Below are positions 1-11,362 of a stretch of DNA of 64,000 nt, piece by piece. The position numbers were made by a program, and so were the translations under genes. Where the stretch lies: NCBI GenBank assembly GCA_963666315.2, contig CAXXHG010000046.1, positions 32,001 to 96,000 on the forward strand. Reading direction: 5' to 3'. Positions within the stretch are counted from its first letter, which is position 1; every line of letters begins with the position of its first letter. The DNA comes from Candidatus Binatia bacterium (GTDB lineage: Bacteria > Desulfobacterota > Binatia > Bin18). The notes beneath the pieces are model-generated. The model searched no databases and was not told the origin of the DNA. It saw nothing but the letters and a program-made list of their open reading frames with translations.

Positions 1-1
1 T

Positions 2-118
2 GTTGATGCGGCGGGTCGGGTCGAACGATTCCGGCGTCGATACGGACTCAAAAACCCAGAAGAGACCGAAGAGGCACAAGAAGGAAAAGAAGGACAAGAA
101 GAAAAAAAAGAGGCATAA
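2..118 (+). CDS. rpmE: 50S ribosomal protein L31, C-terminal part (runs off the window start), with acidic tail
   Basis: Frame 2 reads VDAAGRVERFRRRYGLKNPEETEEAQEGKEGQEEKKEA*, matching the L31 C-terminal VDxxGRVERF motif. It lies upstream of prfA-prmC, a conserved arrangement. Confidence 0.9.
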   Translation, partial: VDAAGRVERFRRRYGLKNPEETEEAQEGKEGQEEKKEA

Positions 119-163
119 TGATGCATACCCTCTGTCCCTGAGCGGAGAGACAGACAGTCCTGT

Positions 164-188
164 GTAGGGGCGGTGTTACACCGCCCCT
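164..188. repeat. GTAG-type REP-like palindrome
   Basis: Sequence begins GTAG; the perfect inverted repeat AGGGGCGGTGT-T-ACACCGCCCCT spans 166-188; intergenic. Confidence 0.65.
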
Positions 189-226
189 CATTGTATCCGC
201 CTCGTTCCATGACTTTTTCATTATTT

Positions 227-1312
227 ATGAGCGAAACAGCTGCACTCCTTGGAAAATTAGCCGAGGTCGAGAAGCGCTACGAGGAAGTTGAGGCCACATT
301 AGGCAAACCAGAGGTGGCCAGTAACCCCAAAGAGTATGCCAAACTGGCCAAAGAGCACGCGTCCCTGGAAGAAGTTGTGGCCTGTTTTCGGGAATGGCGC
401 AAAGTCGGCACTGAGATCGAGGGCAGTAAGGCCCTGCTCGACGATGCCGACCCGGAGGTGCATGAACTCGCCCAAGAAGAGATCGATGACTTGAGCGTGC
501 GCTCGACCGAACTTGAGGCCAAACTGCATGTCTTACTGCTGCCCAAAGACCCCCTCGACGAAAAGAACGTCATCCTCGAAATTCGGGCAGGCACGGGGGG
601 AGATGAGGCCGGTTTATTTGCCGCCGACCTGTTTCGGATGTATACCCACTACGCAGAACGTCAGAATTGGCGCATGGAAGTGCTCAGTTCGAGCCCGACC
701 GGCGTTGGTGGGTTTAAAGAAATCATCAGCACCGTCAGTGGCAAAAACGCCTATAGTCGCCTCAAGTTTGAAGGCGGCGTGCATCGCGTTCAGCGCGTTC
801 CAGAGACCGAATCGTCGGGCCGTATCCACACCTCGGCGGTGACTGTTGCCGTCCTGCCCGAAGCTGACGAGGTTGATGTCTCAATCGACGAGAAAGAGCT
901 ACGGATCGACGTCTTTCGCTCCTCTGGTCCGGGTGGACAGAGTGTTAATACTACAGACTCGGCCGTACGCATCACCCATCTCCCCACGAACTTAGTTGTC
1001 TCGTGCCAGGACGAGAAATCCCAGCACAAGAATAAAGCTAAGGCCCTGAAAATTCTGCGCGCCCGGCTCTTAGAGCGCGCGCAAGAAGAACAGCACGCGA
1101 AAATCTCAGCCTCACGCCGCAGCATGGTAGGATCGGGCGACCGCTCGGAGCGGATCCGGACGTATAATTTTCCACAATCGAGGATGACGGACCATCGTAT
1201 TAATATGACCGTACACACGCTTGAGCGTATTCTCGATGGTGAACTCGACGCAATTGTTGACGCACTCATGACCTCGCATCAAGCGGAAATGTTGAAATCC
1301 TCAGCAAGCTAA
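227..1312 (+). CDS. prfA: Peptide chain release factor 1
   Basis: GGQ motif ([16 protein letters not shown]), PET anticodon-mimic (VQRVPETES), followed by prmC. Start chosen at ATG 227. Confidence 0.97.
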   Translation: MSETAALLGKLAEVEKRYEEVEATLGKPEVASNPKEYAKLAKEHASLEEVVACFREWRKVGTEIEGSKALLDDADPEVHELAQEEIDDLSVRSTELEAKLHVLLLPKDPLDEKNVILEIRAGTGGDEAGLFAADLFRMYTHYAERQNWRMEVLSSSPTGVGGFKEIISTVSGKNAYSRLKFEGGVHRVQRVPETESSGRIHTSAVTVAVLPEADEVDVSIDEKELRIDVFRSSGPGGQSVNTTDSAVRITHLPTNLVVSCQDEKSQHKNKAKALKILRARLLERAQEEQHAKISASRRSMVGSGDRSERIRTYNFPQSRMTDHRINMTVHTLERILDGELDAIVDALMTSHQAEMLKSSAS

Positions 1313-1319
1313 TGTCGCT

Positions 1320-2225
1320 ATGAAGGCGGTTTCTCATTCTTCGCCCTCTTCGCCTGAATCCGACACCATAGCCTCCCTCTTGACCGCAGCACAGGCGGAT
1401 CTTGCCTCACGTCATGTCAGCACGCCTCGCTTAGACGCAGAAGTCCTCCTCAGCCATATACTGCAGACGGATCGTACGTCTTTGTACACGCGTCTCCAAA
1501 GACCTCTTTCCGCCGCTCACAAGAGACAGTTCACGGAACTCATTGCGCGGCGGAAACAGCGCGAACCGCTTGCCTATATCACCGGCAGCCGAGAATTTTG
1601 GTCCTTGGAATTCCGCGTTGATACGCACGTTTTAATTCCACGCCCGGAAACTGAAATTGTCGTACACACAGCCCTGCGCCTCCTCCACAACGCGGTAATA
1701 GCAACGCCGGCTATTCTGGACCTGGGAACAGGCAGCGGCTGTATTGGTATTGCCCTCGCCACGGAACTTCCTCAGGCAGCTCTGTGGGCGCTGGATATCG
1801 AAGATGAGGCGCTAGCGCTGGCACGCCAGAATGCCCGCCACCATGCTGTTGACGAACGTATGACCTTCTGTCAGGGAGATCTATTCGCCCCTATCTCGCA
1901 CCTGACTGAGCGCTTTCACCTCATTGTCACCAATCCCCCCTATATTGACCGCGAGACCCTCGGCACGCTCCAGCCTGAAGTCGGCCACTGGGAGCCCCAG
2001 CGTGCTTTAGACGGCGGGCAAGACGGTCTCGATTTTTATCGGCGCCTGCTGTACGATAGTCCGAACTATCTTCGACCCGGAGGATGGCTCGTCATGGAGA
2101 TCGGGCACGGCCAAAGGGGCGCCGTCCTCCACCTAGCACAGGCCCAATGCCGCCTTTCCATCCAGAGCTGTGTTCAAGACTACGCCGGACATGATCGGGT
2201 TGTGGTATTCCAACCAGCAGCCTAA
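1320..2225 (+). CDS. prmC: Release factor glutamine methyltransferase
   Basis: LIPRPETE, LDLGTGSGCI and NPPY motifs. Confidence 0.96.
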   Translation: MKAVSHSSPSSPESDTIASLLTAAQADLASRHVSTPRLDAEVLLSHILQTDRTSLYTRLQRPLSAAHKRQFTELIARRKQREPLAYITGSREFWSLEFRVDTHVLIPRPETEIVVHTALRLLHNAVIATPAILDLGTGSGCIGIALATELPQAALWALDIEDEALALARQNARHHAVDERMTFCQGDLFAPISHLTERFHLIVTNPPYIDRETLGTLQPEVGHWEPQRALDGGQDGLDFYRRLLYDSPNYLRPGGWLVMEIGHGQRGAVLHLAQAQCRLSIQSCVQDYAGHDRVVVFQPAA

Positions 2226-2262
2226 AAAAGATGTACACAAAAGCGGACACGGATGCATATAA

Positions 2263-3531
2263 ATGGATAAAATTGTTCTCCAAGGCGGTATTCCCCTTCA
2301 CGGCGCGGTAACCGTAAGCGGGGCAAAAAATGCGGCCTTGCCGTTACTCTTCGCCTCTCTTTTAACACAAGACGAATGCACCCTACGGCGCATACCGCGA
2401 CTCGTTGATATTCAGACGGCGCTGCGCTTGCTGAAGGAGCTCGGGGTGCAAACCGACTGGCTCGGCACCAACGAGGTCGCACTGCATGCCCGAGGGGTGC
2501 GGCAAATCGAAGCACCCTACGATTTGGTCAAAACCATGCGCGCCTCGTTCTTAGTGCTCGGGCCGCTCTTGGCCCGCTTTGGCCGCGCCCGGGTCTCAAC
2601 ACCCGGAGGCTGTGCCATCGGCACCCGTCCGGTCAATATTCACCTCAGCGGCCTGCAACAACTCGGCGCATCTATTCATATTCGACAAGGCTATGTCGAG
2701 GCCGAAGCCAGTCGGCTCAAGGGAGCGGACATCACCTTCGACTTTCCCTCTGTTGGCGCAACGGAGAATCTGATGATGGCGGCCACGTTGGCCGCCGGGA
2801 CAACCGTGCTCAACAATGTGGCCCGCGAGCCGGAAATCGAAGATCTGGCAGACATGCTCGTCGCTATGGGTGCTCGCATTCACGGTGCCGGCAGTCGAAC
2901 CATCGTGATTGATGGTGTGGAAGGACTGCACGGCGTGACCCACACCGTTATCCCGGATCGCGTTGAGGCTGGCACCTTTCTGATTGCTGGAGCCATCACC
3001 TCGGGCAACGTGCTAGTCCGTGGCGCGCGCGCTGACCACCTCCAGAGCTTTTTGCAAGCACTGCAACAGGCGGGAGTACAAGTCCACGAAGAAACGGCAG
3101 GCATCCGCGTACTCGGCAATGGTCGACCAACCGGAGTCCAGATTACGACCCAACCCTATCCCGGTTTTCCGACTGATCTCCAGGCGCAGATGATGGCGCT
3201 CTTAGCCTTGGGCCAGCAGCAAAGTGTGCTGACTGAAACGATCTTCGAGAATCGGTTTATGCACGCCCAAGAACTCGTACGTTTGGGCGCAGATATTTAT
3301 GTTCAGGGGCATACGGCCAGCGTCAAGGGTGTCGCCTTTCTGAGTGGAGCGCCGGTCATGGCAACCGATCTGCGCGCCAGCGTTTCACTGATTTTGGCCG
3401 GGCTCGCTGCGCGCGGAGAAACCGAGATTGGCCGCATTTATCATCTTGATCGTGGTTACGAGCAGATAGAGGCCAAGCTTTCACAACTGGGGGCGAGAAT
3501 CCAACGCCAGAAAAGTACGTCACAGCAATGA
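2263..3531 (+). CDS. murA: UDP-N-acetylglucosamine 1-carboxyvinyltransferase
   Basis: [19 protein letters not shown] (catalytic Cys), [19 protein letters not shown]. Confidence 0.98.
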   Translation: MDKIVLQGGIPLHGAVTVSGAKNAALPLLFASLLTQDECTLRRIPRLVDIQTALRLLKELGVQTDWLGTNEVALHARGVRQIEAPYDLVKTMRASFLVLGPLLARFGRARVSTPGGCAIGTRPVNIHLSGLQQLGASIHIRQGYVEAEASRLKGADITFDFPSVGATENLMMAATLAAGTTVLNNVAREPEIEDLADMLVAMGARIHGAGSRTIVIDGVEGLHGVTHTVIPDRVEAGTFLIAGAITSGNVLVRGARADHLQSFLQALQQAGVQVHEETAGIRVLGNGRPTGVQITTQPYPGFPTDLQAQMMALLALGQQQSVLTETIFENRFMHAQELVRLGADIYVQGHTASVKGVAFLSGAPVMATDLRASVSLILAGLAARGETEIGRIYHLDRGYEQIEAKLSQLGARIQRQKSTSQQ

Positions 3532-4868
3532 CTACTGCGCGCAGATCAACACCCGCTCTTGTTCCTCTTCTAACCACAACGGACCCTGCCTGCCAGCGTC
3601 ATCTCAAGAAGCTCCTCGCTCGCGGAGAGAGTGCGAGCGCGGAAGTCGAAGGGACAGTCCGCTCGATTCTGCATGACGTGCAGAAACGGGGCGACCACGC
3701 ACTCCTTACTTTTACCAAAAAGTTTGATCGGGTAGCGCTCACCGCGTCGCAGCTGGGTGTGCCCCAAGCGGCGATGCAGGCGGCACTCAAAACCCTGCCC
3801 GTACCGATCAGAAAGGCGCTGCGGACAGCAGCCCAACGTATTCGACGTTTTCACCACAAGCAGCGCCTGTCCTCCTGGATGTATCGAGATGACCTGGGGG
3901 TCACCCTGGGCCAAAAAATCACGCCGCTCGAACGCGTCGGCGTATACGTTCCTGGAGGGACAGCGTCGTATCCATCCTCAGTTCTGATGAACGTCATTCC
4001 AGCCAAGGTCGCTGGGGTAAAAGAGATTATTATTGTCTCTCCACCGTCACCCCAGGGAGCCAACCCCACCCTCCTAGCTGCGGCTCATATTGCCGGCGCG
4101 GATGCGTTCTTCAAGGTAGGCGGGGCACAAGCAGTGGCCGCCCTGGCGTATGGCACCAGAACCATTCCGCGCGTAGACAAAATTGTCGGTCCCGGCAATA
4201 TATATGTAGCGACGGCCAAGCGACTCGTCTTCGGACAGGTGGATATCGACATGATCGCCGGGCCCAGCGAGGTCTTGGTGATTGCCGACCAGAGCGCAAC
4301 GCCGACCTATGTCGCGGCCGATATGCTCTCGCAGGCCGAGCATGATCCGCTGGCCGCAGCCGTATGCCTGACGACGTCCCAGCGCGTTGGCAAAGCCGTT
4401 GTCCGGGCGCTCACTGGGCAGCTCGCCACGCTAACACGACACAACATCGCAGCGACATCCCTGCGTCGCTTCGGGGCGGTGATTGTCGCCCGGAGTCGGT
4501 CGGAGGTGGTCGATCTGGCCAACGCCATTGCTCCGGAACACCTCGAGCTGGCAGTCGAAAATCCGCGCAGCTGGCTCAAAGATATTCGGAACGCAGGCGC
4601 AATCTTTCTGGGTCATCTCTCAACTGAACCGTTTGGAGATTATATCGCCGGCCCAAACCACGTCTTACCCACAGGCGGAACGGCCCGATTTTCTTCCCCA
4701 CTCGGGGTGTATGATTTTCTGAAACGGACGAGTGTGATAGAGGCCTCGTCGCGGGCGCTTGCGACCCTGGGTCCCGAAGTTATTCGGCTGGCCGAGCTTG
4801 AGGGACTTGAGGCCCACGCCCGCGCCGTACAGTATCGTTTGAACGGAGGTAGGCATGGCCGTACGTAA
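3528..4868 (+). CDS. hisD: Histidinol dehydrogenase
   Basis: [45 protein letters not shown]. Confidence 0.98.
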   Translation: MTTARRSTPALVPLLTTTDPACQRHLKKLLARGESASAEVEGTVRSILHDVQKRGDHALLTFTKKFDRVALTASQLGVPQAAMQAALKTLPVPIRKALRTAAQRIRRFHHKQRLSSWMYRDDLGVTLGQKITPLERVGVYVPGGTASYPSSVLMNVIPAKVAGVKEIIIVSPPSPQGANPTLLAAAHIAGADAFFKVGGAQAVAALAYGTRTIPRVDKIVGPGNIYVATAKRLVFGQVDIDMIAGPSEVLVIADQSATPTYVAADMLSQAEHDPLAAAVCLTTSQRVGKAVVRALTGQLATLTRHNIAATSLRRFGAVIVARSRSEVVDLANAIAPEHLELAVENPRSWLKDIRNAGAIFLGHLSTEPFGDYIAGPNHVLPTGGTARFSSPLGVYDFLKRTSVIEASSRALATLGPEVIRLAELEGLEAHARAVQYRLNGGRHGRT

Positions 4869-5445
4869 GGCAGAGGTGCACCGCAAAACCAACGAAACAG
4901 ATATCCAACTCAGCCTCCAGATCGAAGGCGAGGGTAAGTATACAGTGTCAACCGGCGTCCCCTTTCTGGACCACATGCTGGAGCTATTTACTCGACACGG
5001 ATTCTTTAACCTTACGCTGCACGCAAAAGGTGACACTGCAGTTGACGACCATCATACGGTCGAAGACGTCGGCTTGGCACTCGGACTCGCCTTTCGAGAG
5101 GCGCTCGGTGACAAACATGGCATTCGGCGCTTCGGGGACGCCACGGTCCCACTGGATGAAGCGCTGGTGTCATGCGTGGTCGATCTCAGCGGGCGGCCCT
5201 TTCTGGTCTATAATCTCGACATTCGCCAAGAAAAGGTCGGCACTCTTGCGACTGAGCTCATCCACGATTTTTTTCTGGCGTTTACCAATCAGATAGGCAT
5301 GAATCTGCACTTCAATATGACCCAAGGCCGAAATCCACATCACATCATTGAAGCCGGCTTCAAAGCCTTTGCCCGTGCGCTGAGCAGCGCGGTGCAGCAC
5401 GATCCCCGGGTGAAAGGAGTGCTTTCTACAAAAGGAAGTTTGTAG
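4855..5445 (+). CDS. hisB: Imidazoleglycerol-phosphate dehydratase
   Basis: RKTNETDI, FLDHML, DDHHTVEDVG, NPHHIIEA, STKGSL. Confidence 0.98.
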   Translation: MAVRKAEVHRKTNETDIQLSLQIEGEGKYTVSTGVPFLDHMLELFTRHGFFNLTLHAKGDTAVDDHHTVEDVGLALGLAFREALGDKHGIRRFGDATVPLDEALVSCVVDLSGRPFLVYNLDIRQEKVGTLATELIHDFFLAFTNQIGMNLHFNMTQGRNPHHIIEAGFKAFARALSSAVQHDPRVKGVLSTKGSL

Positions 5446-5541
5446 ACCGTCTTTCTGCGTCGAGCACTAAACCGCCACGAATGGGGCTGGCTGAAGAGAT
5501 GTGCCTCAGTCTTTCTGTATTTTTGTGCTATCCACATTGGC

Positions 5542-5826
5542 ATGAAAAAGAAAAAAGCACCCCGGGCCTCTCCGGTAAAAAAAAGACGTAAGACCGAGCT
5601 CGCCTCTCCCGCTCGGGCCCAGCCAGCCTCTCAGACGAAGAACCATCAACTACTCAAATCTCTCATCCTGAAGTCTCTGGATGCGTTTGAAGAGTCATTC
5701 CGGCGTAAATATCCTGATGCATCTCCGGAAGAGATCCTCAACCAGATGACTCGCTCCCTCTCAGAACGCACACGTCGTGAACACCAGCAGCCAAGGAGAT
5801 CGTTTCGTTTTGGCCGACATCATTGA
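5542..5826 (+). CDS. Small basic protein, putative MenA1-like antitoxin
   Basis: 94 aa ORF overlapping a downstream nucleotidyltransferase; carries the motif FRRKYPDASPEEI. Confidence 0.55.
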   Translation: MKKKKAPRASPVKKRRKTELASPARAQPASQTKNHQLLKSLILKSLDAFEESFRRKYPDASPEEILNQMTRSLSERTRREHQQPRRSFRFGRHH

Positions 5827-6352
5827 TCACACCTTCCGGTTGCTCCAGAGGCTTTTTCGTCACATCCCCATTCCTTACGCCATCGTCGGGGGATTTGCAG
5901 GAAACGTCTGGGGCGTCGCACGCGCAACGCTCGACATTGATGTTCTCGTCGGCGGGCGTCCATCTCAATTTGACAGGCTTATCTCCTTGGCAGACCGCAA
6001 CGATCTCCAGCCCCGACCAGAATTTCTCGAATTCAATCCACTCCTGCGGGGCTTCATGGTCCGCTGCCGGATAGAGAATCTGCATGTCGATTTCCTACGC
6101 CCTCGTGATGTCCATGATCGCAATGTATTACGACGCCGACGTCAGGCCACTTTTGCCGGACATCGACTCTGGTTTCCAACGGCCGAAGACTTGATCTTAA
6201 TGAAACTGAAGGTTGGACGAGATCGAGACTTCGACGATGCGACGCGCATCGTCGAACAGCAGTCTCCCAACCTCAACCGACGCTACCTCCGCCACTGGGC
6301 CGAACGGCTCGGTATTCAAGACGAACTGCGCTACGCCCTTCACGCCCTCTGA
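5777..6352 (+). CDS. Nucleotidyltransferase (AbiEii/MenT-like toxin); true start may be TTG near 5810
   Basis: YAIVGGFA...RATLDIDVLV (GG..DxD) and EDLILMKL..GRDRDFDD motifs. Confidence 0.8.
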   Translation: MNTSSQGDRFVLADIIDHTFRLLQRLFRHIPIPYAIVGGFAGNVWGVARATLDIDVLVGGRPSQFDRLISLADRNDLQPRPEFLEFNPLLRGFMVRCRIENLHVDFLRPRDVHDRNVLRRRRQATFAGHRLWFPTAEDLILMKLKVGRDRDFDDATRIVEQQSPNLNRRYLRHWAERLGIQDELRYALHAL

Positions 6353-6373
6353 CAACTTGGAGCTGTTTTCAAC

Positions 6374-6409
6374 AAAAAAGAAAAGGCGCACCGTCGTGCG
6401 CCCCTTTCT
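6374..6409 (-). terminator. Intrinsic terminator between convergent genes
   Basis: Stem GGCGCAC-CGTC-GTGCGCC followed on the minus strand by TTTTCTTTTTT. Confidence 0.7.
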
Positions 6410-6436
6410 GTCCTTCTCACTCGTCACAGCATCCGC

Positions 6437-7513
6437 TTACGCGTCGGCAAAGTTCGGGAGGACTTCTTCTATCAGCATGCGCTGAGAGTTTTCCCAGGCT
6501 TCATTATTTTCTGATTGATCGAAGGTCAACGCCAGCAGACACCCGAATCCACCCGTCTCGTCATGCATATCGCCCAGCTTCTGAGTGACGGTTTTGGGCG
6601 AGCCTACGAGCCAGACATAATCGGCCAGGTATTCCAGGGTCACATCAGAATCCGGCACTTCGGGCTGGTGCTTGAACAGACTCAGCATGTCGTACGACCG
6701 AAACAACGGCAGCAAATATTCTCCCCAGACGCGTCCCAGCATGCCCTTCAGGGCTTTTTCACGCGCCTCCTTATCCGTCTCTGCAATATAGACCTCGCGC
6801 GAAATGCGCCAGTCGCTGCGTGACGGGGTTAAGCCTGCTTTCTCCGCTCCTTCGACTACCGCCTGCCAATGCGTTTTGAGATAACTATTACTCAGCGCTA
6901 TGCTGAGCGGCAAAAACCCGTGTTCGCCGGCAAATTTCAGGGTCTCGGAGCCTGGGGTCAGTCCGGCAATGCCAATGGGCGGGTACGGTTTTTGATACGG
7001 TTTCAAATGGAATTTGAGTGAGTCCAGCATAGTGTCTATGCGGTTGAACGACCAGAACTCACCTCTATATTCGAAAGGCTCTTCGCTCTTCCACAGCTTG
7101 AGCATGATGTCGAGCGCTTCGAAGGTCATCCGACGGTTTTCTCCTGCGGCGCCGTCCACATTGAAGAGCTTCCAGTCACTCGGCAAACCGCCAGTGCCGA
7201 TCCCAAGCATGAAACGACCCTGAGCCATATGATCCAGAAAAGCCACCCGATGAGCCAGCTCAACAGGGTGGTGATACGGCAGAAGATGCGCACCAGGGCA
7301 CAGCTTCATCTTCTTTGTGCGTAGTAGCGCCTGGGCAATGAGCAGATCCGGAGCTGGATTCGGCTCCCAGGGCGCCGTAAAATGTTCCCCGATCCAGGCC
7401 TCGTGAAAGCCCACCTTGTCAGCGAATTCTAAGTGGTTGAGGTCCCACTGGTGACCCTCGAATAAACCCCTCTCAGGCGGATGAGAGGGCATCATAAAGA
7501 CTCCAGCTTTCAT
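6437..7513 (-). CDS. LLM-class flavin-dependent monooxygenase (limonene/diketocamphane monooxygenase-like)
   Basis: FMMPSHPP, EAWIGEHFT, LPYHHPVELAHRVAFLDH, GGLPSD. Confidence 0.9.
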   Translation of the reverse strand: MKAGVFMMPSHPPERGLFEGHQWDLNHLEFADKVGFHEAWIGEHFTAPWEPNPAPDLLIAQALLRTKKMKLCPGAHLLPYHHPVELAHRVAFLDHMAQGRFMLGIGTGGLPSDWKLFNVDGAAGENRRMTFEALDIMLKLWKSEEPFEYRGEFWSFNRIDTMLDSLKFHLKPYQKPYPPIGIAGLTPGSETLKFAGEHGFLPLSIALSNSYLKTHWQAVVEGAEKAGLTPSRSDWRISREVYIAETDKEAREKALKGMLGRVWGEYLLPLFRSYDMLSLFKHQPEVPDSDVTLEYLADYVWLVGSPKTVTQKLGDMHDETGGFGCLLALTFDQSENNEAWENSQRMLIEEVLPNFADA

Positions 7514-7743
7514 CTTTTTCTCCTTACTTCATTCCTTCGTAGCAAACTGTTTGAACACGTATCGGTTTTACTCTTCTGCCTCAAGTCCGCAGCCTCCCTT
7601 TCTTATTTGAAGTCCAGCCTGACACAGGCATCAGGTCTTTAAGGCGGCAGCAGCTCCTGCCGCAGCTCGCCTTCCCTTGATTCTCGTCAGTTGGACCGGA
7701 ATAATAGCCGTCCAGTGATGATAGCGTAGGATGATAGCTCCTA

Positions 7744-8409
7744 ATGATTGCCATTATTGATTACGGTATGGGGAATCTGCGCAGCGTTCAAAAAGGCTTT
7801 GAAAAAATGGGCCACGCGGCGGACGTCACCCGTGATGCGCAAAAGATCGAAGCCGCCGCCGGTGTGGTACTCCCTGGCGTGGGTGCATTTGGGGCCTGCA
7901 TGAACGGGCTCGCCGAATGTGGGCTGGTTGAAACTGTTCACCGGGTCGTTGAGCGCGGCACTCCGTTTCTCGGCATTTGTGTAGGGATGCAGATTTTGTT
8001 TTCCGAAAGTATTGAGTTCGGCCGGGTCCAAGGCCTCGATATTCTCAAGGGAACGGTGAGGCGTTTCGATCTTGCCACTCTACACGGCAATAAGATTCCG
8101 CACATGGGCTGGAATCAGCTTCATCTGGAACATCGGGAACAGCGCCCGCCGCATCTTGACGGTATCGAAGAGGGCGAGTGCGTATACTTCGTCCATTCCT
8201 ACTACCCCATTCCGGATGACGCCAAGATCATTGCGACCACGACAGAGTACGGCACGACCTTTGCCTCCAGCGTATGGTCGGGCAACGTATTCGCCACACA
8301 ATTCCACCCGGAAAAGAGCCAAACTGTCGGTCTGCGCATTCTTGCCAATTTCGGCAACCTGGTCAAAGACCACATGTTGGGCACCACCTCCCTACCCCCT
8401 AACCCCTAA
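7744..8409 (+). CDS. hisH: Imidazole glycerol phosphate synthase, glutaminase subunit
   Basis: IIDYGMGNL, LPGVGAF, GICVGMQ, YFVHSYY, QFHPEKS. Confidence 0.98.
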   Translation: MIAIIDYGMGNLRSVQKGFEKMGHAADVTRDAQKIEAAAGVVLPGVGAFGACMNGLAECGLVETVHRVVERGTPFLGICVGMQILFSESIEFGRVQGLDILKGTVRRFDLATLHGNKIPHMGWNQLHLEHREQRPPHLDGIEEGECVYFVHSYYPIPDDAKIIATTTEYGTTFASSVWSGNVFATQFHPEKSQTVGLRILANFGNLVKDHMLGTTSLPPNP

Positions 8410-8421
8410 TCCTGCGCTTTT

Positions 8422-9153
8422 ATGCTTATTATTCCTGCAATTGATCTTAAAGCTGGCCAGTGTGTCCGTCTGTATCAAGGCGATATGGACCAGGCTACTG
8501 TCTATTCAGAAGACCCGGTCGCCACCGCTTTGCGTTGGCAACAGGAAGGCGCACAGCGTCTGCACATCGTCGACCTTGACGGTGCCGTCTCCGGCGCAGG
8601 CGTCAACACCGCGGCTATTGGTCAGATCTGTCGAGCGCTAACCATTCCAGTCCAGGTCGGCGGAGGCATACGCAGCCTCTCAAGCCTGGAGCATATTTTG
8701 TCTCTGGGCGTAAGCCGGGCGATTCTCGGTACGGTGGCCCAACGTCAACCAGAGGTCGTTGCCGAGGCCTGCAAACGATTTCCAGGCCAAATCACAGTCG
8801 GCATAGACGCACGCAACGGCAAAGTTGCTGTCCAGGGTTGGACCGAATCGACCGATTTGGATGCCATTCAACTGGCAAAACGCTGTCAGGACTACGGTGT
8901 GGGTGAGATTGTGTATACCGACATTTCCCGGGACGGCACCGAACGGGGGGTCAATCGCGAGGAGACCGGCGCGCTCGCCCAGGCCATTAGCGTGCCGGTG
9001 ATCGCATCTGGCGGGGTCGCCAGCGCTGCCGACATTGAGCTCCTGCTCCCGCTCGAGGCGCACGGCGTTATGGGCGTGATTATCGGACGCGCGCTGTATA
9101 CCGGTGCGGTGCAATTGGACGCGGCTATTCGAATAGGCACCAGTCTAGCCTAG
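8422..9153 (+). CDS. hisA: ProFAR isomerase
   Basis: IIPAIDL, LHIVDLDGA, QVGGGIRS, YTDISRDG, IASGGV. Confidence 0.97.
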   Translation: MLIIPAIDLKAGQCVRLYQGDMDQATVYSEDPVATALRWQQEGAQRLHIVDLDGAVSGAGVNTAAIGQICRALTIPVQVGGGIRSLSSLEHILSLGVSRAILGTVAQRQPEVVAEACKRFPGQITVGIDARNGKVAVQGWTESTDLDAIQLAKRCQDYGVGEIVYTDISRDGTERGVNREETGALAQAISVPVIASGGVASAADIELLLPLEAHGVMGVIIGRALYTGAVQLDAAIRIGTSLA

Positions 9154-9251
9154 CTCTCTCGTCCTTTACTCAACTCGCTAAAACAACAGTATTTTCTCCT
9201 AACGTCGAAGATTATCTCGAAATATCCGATAATTCACCAGAGGATAAAGCC

Positions 9252-10733
9252 ACTAAGCTCAACGGCCTCCTCGTGCCGGGCGGGGATGTGGAATCTTTTC
9301 TCATCAGGCCGGACAGTCAGCGGGTGGTGTATGTCGCGGATCAGGACGAGGATCAGGTGTTTGAGGTGTACAGCGTGCCGCTGGGCGGCGGGACCGTCAC
9401 CAAGCTCAACGACCTGCTGGTGGCAAGCGGGGATGTGTTCGCTTTTCGCATCGGCCCAGGCAGTCAGCAGGTGGTATACGTGGCGGACCAGGACACAACT
9501 GGGGTGGATGAGCTGTACAGTGTGCCGCTAGGTGGCGGGACCGTGACCAAGCTCAATGGCCCGCTCGTAACCGGCGGGGATGTCATCGCCAATTTTTTCA
9601 TCAGCCCGAACAGTGGGCCGGTACTGTACCGGGCAGACCAGGACACGAATAATGTGCTTGAGCTGTACACGGACATCTTACAGGCCGAACTCAAAGCCCT
9701 GTTTGAGAGTCCGCTCGCAAATGCCGTCGCAGCCGGCATCGCCCTCATCCGGGGCTGGGCGTTTGACACGGTGGCCGGCGAGGTCATCGCCTCGGTGCAA
9801 CTCTTTATTGACGGAGTCCTGGACGCGGATGCGACGTGTTGTTCCGAGCGCAATGACGTGCGTGCGGCTTTTCCCGCCTTTCCGGCTCCGAACACGCTCA
9901 ATAGCGGCTGGGGGCTGACGAAGAACTGGGGCAATGAGGCCAGCGGGCCGCACACGGTGCGGGTAGAGATTACGAGCACCTCGGGCCAGGTGTTTCGTGA
10001 GAGCCGCACGGTCACGGTGGTGAAACCGGGCGACTTCGGGTTCTTGGATCAGTTTACGCTCAGTGGGGCTACGGCTGGAATTGTGGGCCAGCAGCTGCAA
10101 CTGGCCAGCGTGCAGATTCGAGATTCGGCCAGTCATGCTACGGCCACAGTGGATATGGCCTATATCTGGCAGCCCCCGTCACAACAGTTTGAGTTACAGA
10201 CCAGTACGGTGCTGGCCCAAACTGCTGCGCAGCGAACGTGGGCGTTCCAGACCTGGTGGCAGGCGCTGCAAACTCTGTTTACCCCGGCCAGTGTGTCCGC
10301 GCAGGGCCTGGGCCTGCGGATCGCGTGGGAGGGGCCAGTGGCCGGACCGGTCGGCGGGGTGGATCTGGTGCGCGGCTGGGGCTATGAGCAGGCACCGGCC
10401 GAGGAGCTCGCCACGATCCGGTTCTTTATCGACAGTGTGCAAAATGCCGTGGTGGTATGTTGTTCGCCGCGCCCAGATGTGGCTGCGGCCTTTCCGGCGG
10501 ATGTGAACGCCCTGCTCAGTGGCTGGGGGCTAACGTTGAACTGGGGCAATCTGAGCAGCGGGCCGCATACGGTACGGATAGAGATTACGAGTACGTCGGG
10601 CGAGGTGTTGAGTGAGAGCCGGATGGTGACGGTGACCGAAGCGGGGACGGCCAACACCGCACAGGTGACGCTACGCCTGCGCCGGGACGTCGGCGCCCAG
10701 GCGTTGCGCCTCGTCAGGACAACCACGTCGTGA
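9252..10733 (+). pseudogene. 5'-truncated surface/secreted-type protein: about three 50-aa beta-propeller-like repeats plus two copies of an Ig-like CCS-containing domain
   Basis: The frame begins inside a repeat (TKLNGLLVPGGDV at 9252) with no signal peptide. Repeat unit TKLNxxLVxxGDV...VVYVADQD...ELYSVPLGGGTV. The duplicated domain is IRGW..CCSxRxDV..SGWGLTxNWGN..GPHTVRxEITSTSG; the second copy is shorter at its end. Confidence 0.65.
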
Positions 10734-10945
10734 TGACAGCGTCGTCATCACGACGACCGCACAGTCGGGTTATGTCGTGCGTATCGTCAGTTTTTGCTGC
10801 GATCGTGACGACCGATCCGAACACGAGGGAAATACGGTAGCTCGTCGGCTTCGGCAGTGGACTCCGGATGCGGTCGATGCCTCGCTCTCTCGTTCTCGCT
10901 ATCGAATGGTTGGGTCTATTCTTCGGGCTGCGGAGTGGCAGATTC

Positions 10946-11362
10946 CTACTCGACCTGTTCTTGCATACGTTGAAACGTCTGCAGCAAGTCGGTCGAGGTC
11001 AGGATGCCACACAGCCGCCCGTTCTCATCAACGACGGGCAGACAGTTGATACGGCGGCTCAGCATCTGACCCGTGGCCTCAGACAGCAAGGTTTCCGGTC
11101 GTATCGTCACAACCTCATGCCACATCACATCCGCGACGGTTGCTGACCTAAGGTCAGCCCCGCTGCTCATAAAACGAAGCATATCTCGGTCAGAAATCAC
11201 ACCAGCCAGGCGTGCATCAGTTTCAGTCACAACGAGATGCCGAAAACGGTGCCGCGCTAAAAGGGCCAAGGCTTCAGTAAACGGCGCCGGCGGCGTGAGC
11301 GTCACAACCTCGTGCGTCATCACATCTTGCGCCTGTCGAGGCAGATTGATCTGTGCTGACAT
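10946..11362 (-). CDS. CBS domain pair protein
   Basis: AQDVMTHEVVT...RHLVV...GVISDRD; VADVM...INCLPVVDENGRLCGILTSTDLL. Confidence 0.9.
   Translation of the reverse strand: MSAQINLPRQAQDVMTHEVVTLTPPAPFTEALALLARHRFRHLVVTETDARLAGVISDRDMLRFMSSGADLRSATVADVMWHEVVTIRPETLLSEATGQMLSRRINCLPVVDENGRLCGILTSTDLLQTFQRMQEQVE

Noticed and set aside
9252-9670. 150-bp periodic repeats as a CRISPR array
   Set aside because: They are in-frame, degenerate protein-coding repeats with no unique spacers and no cas genes.
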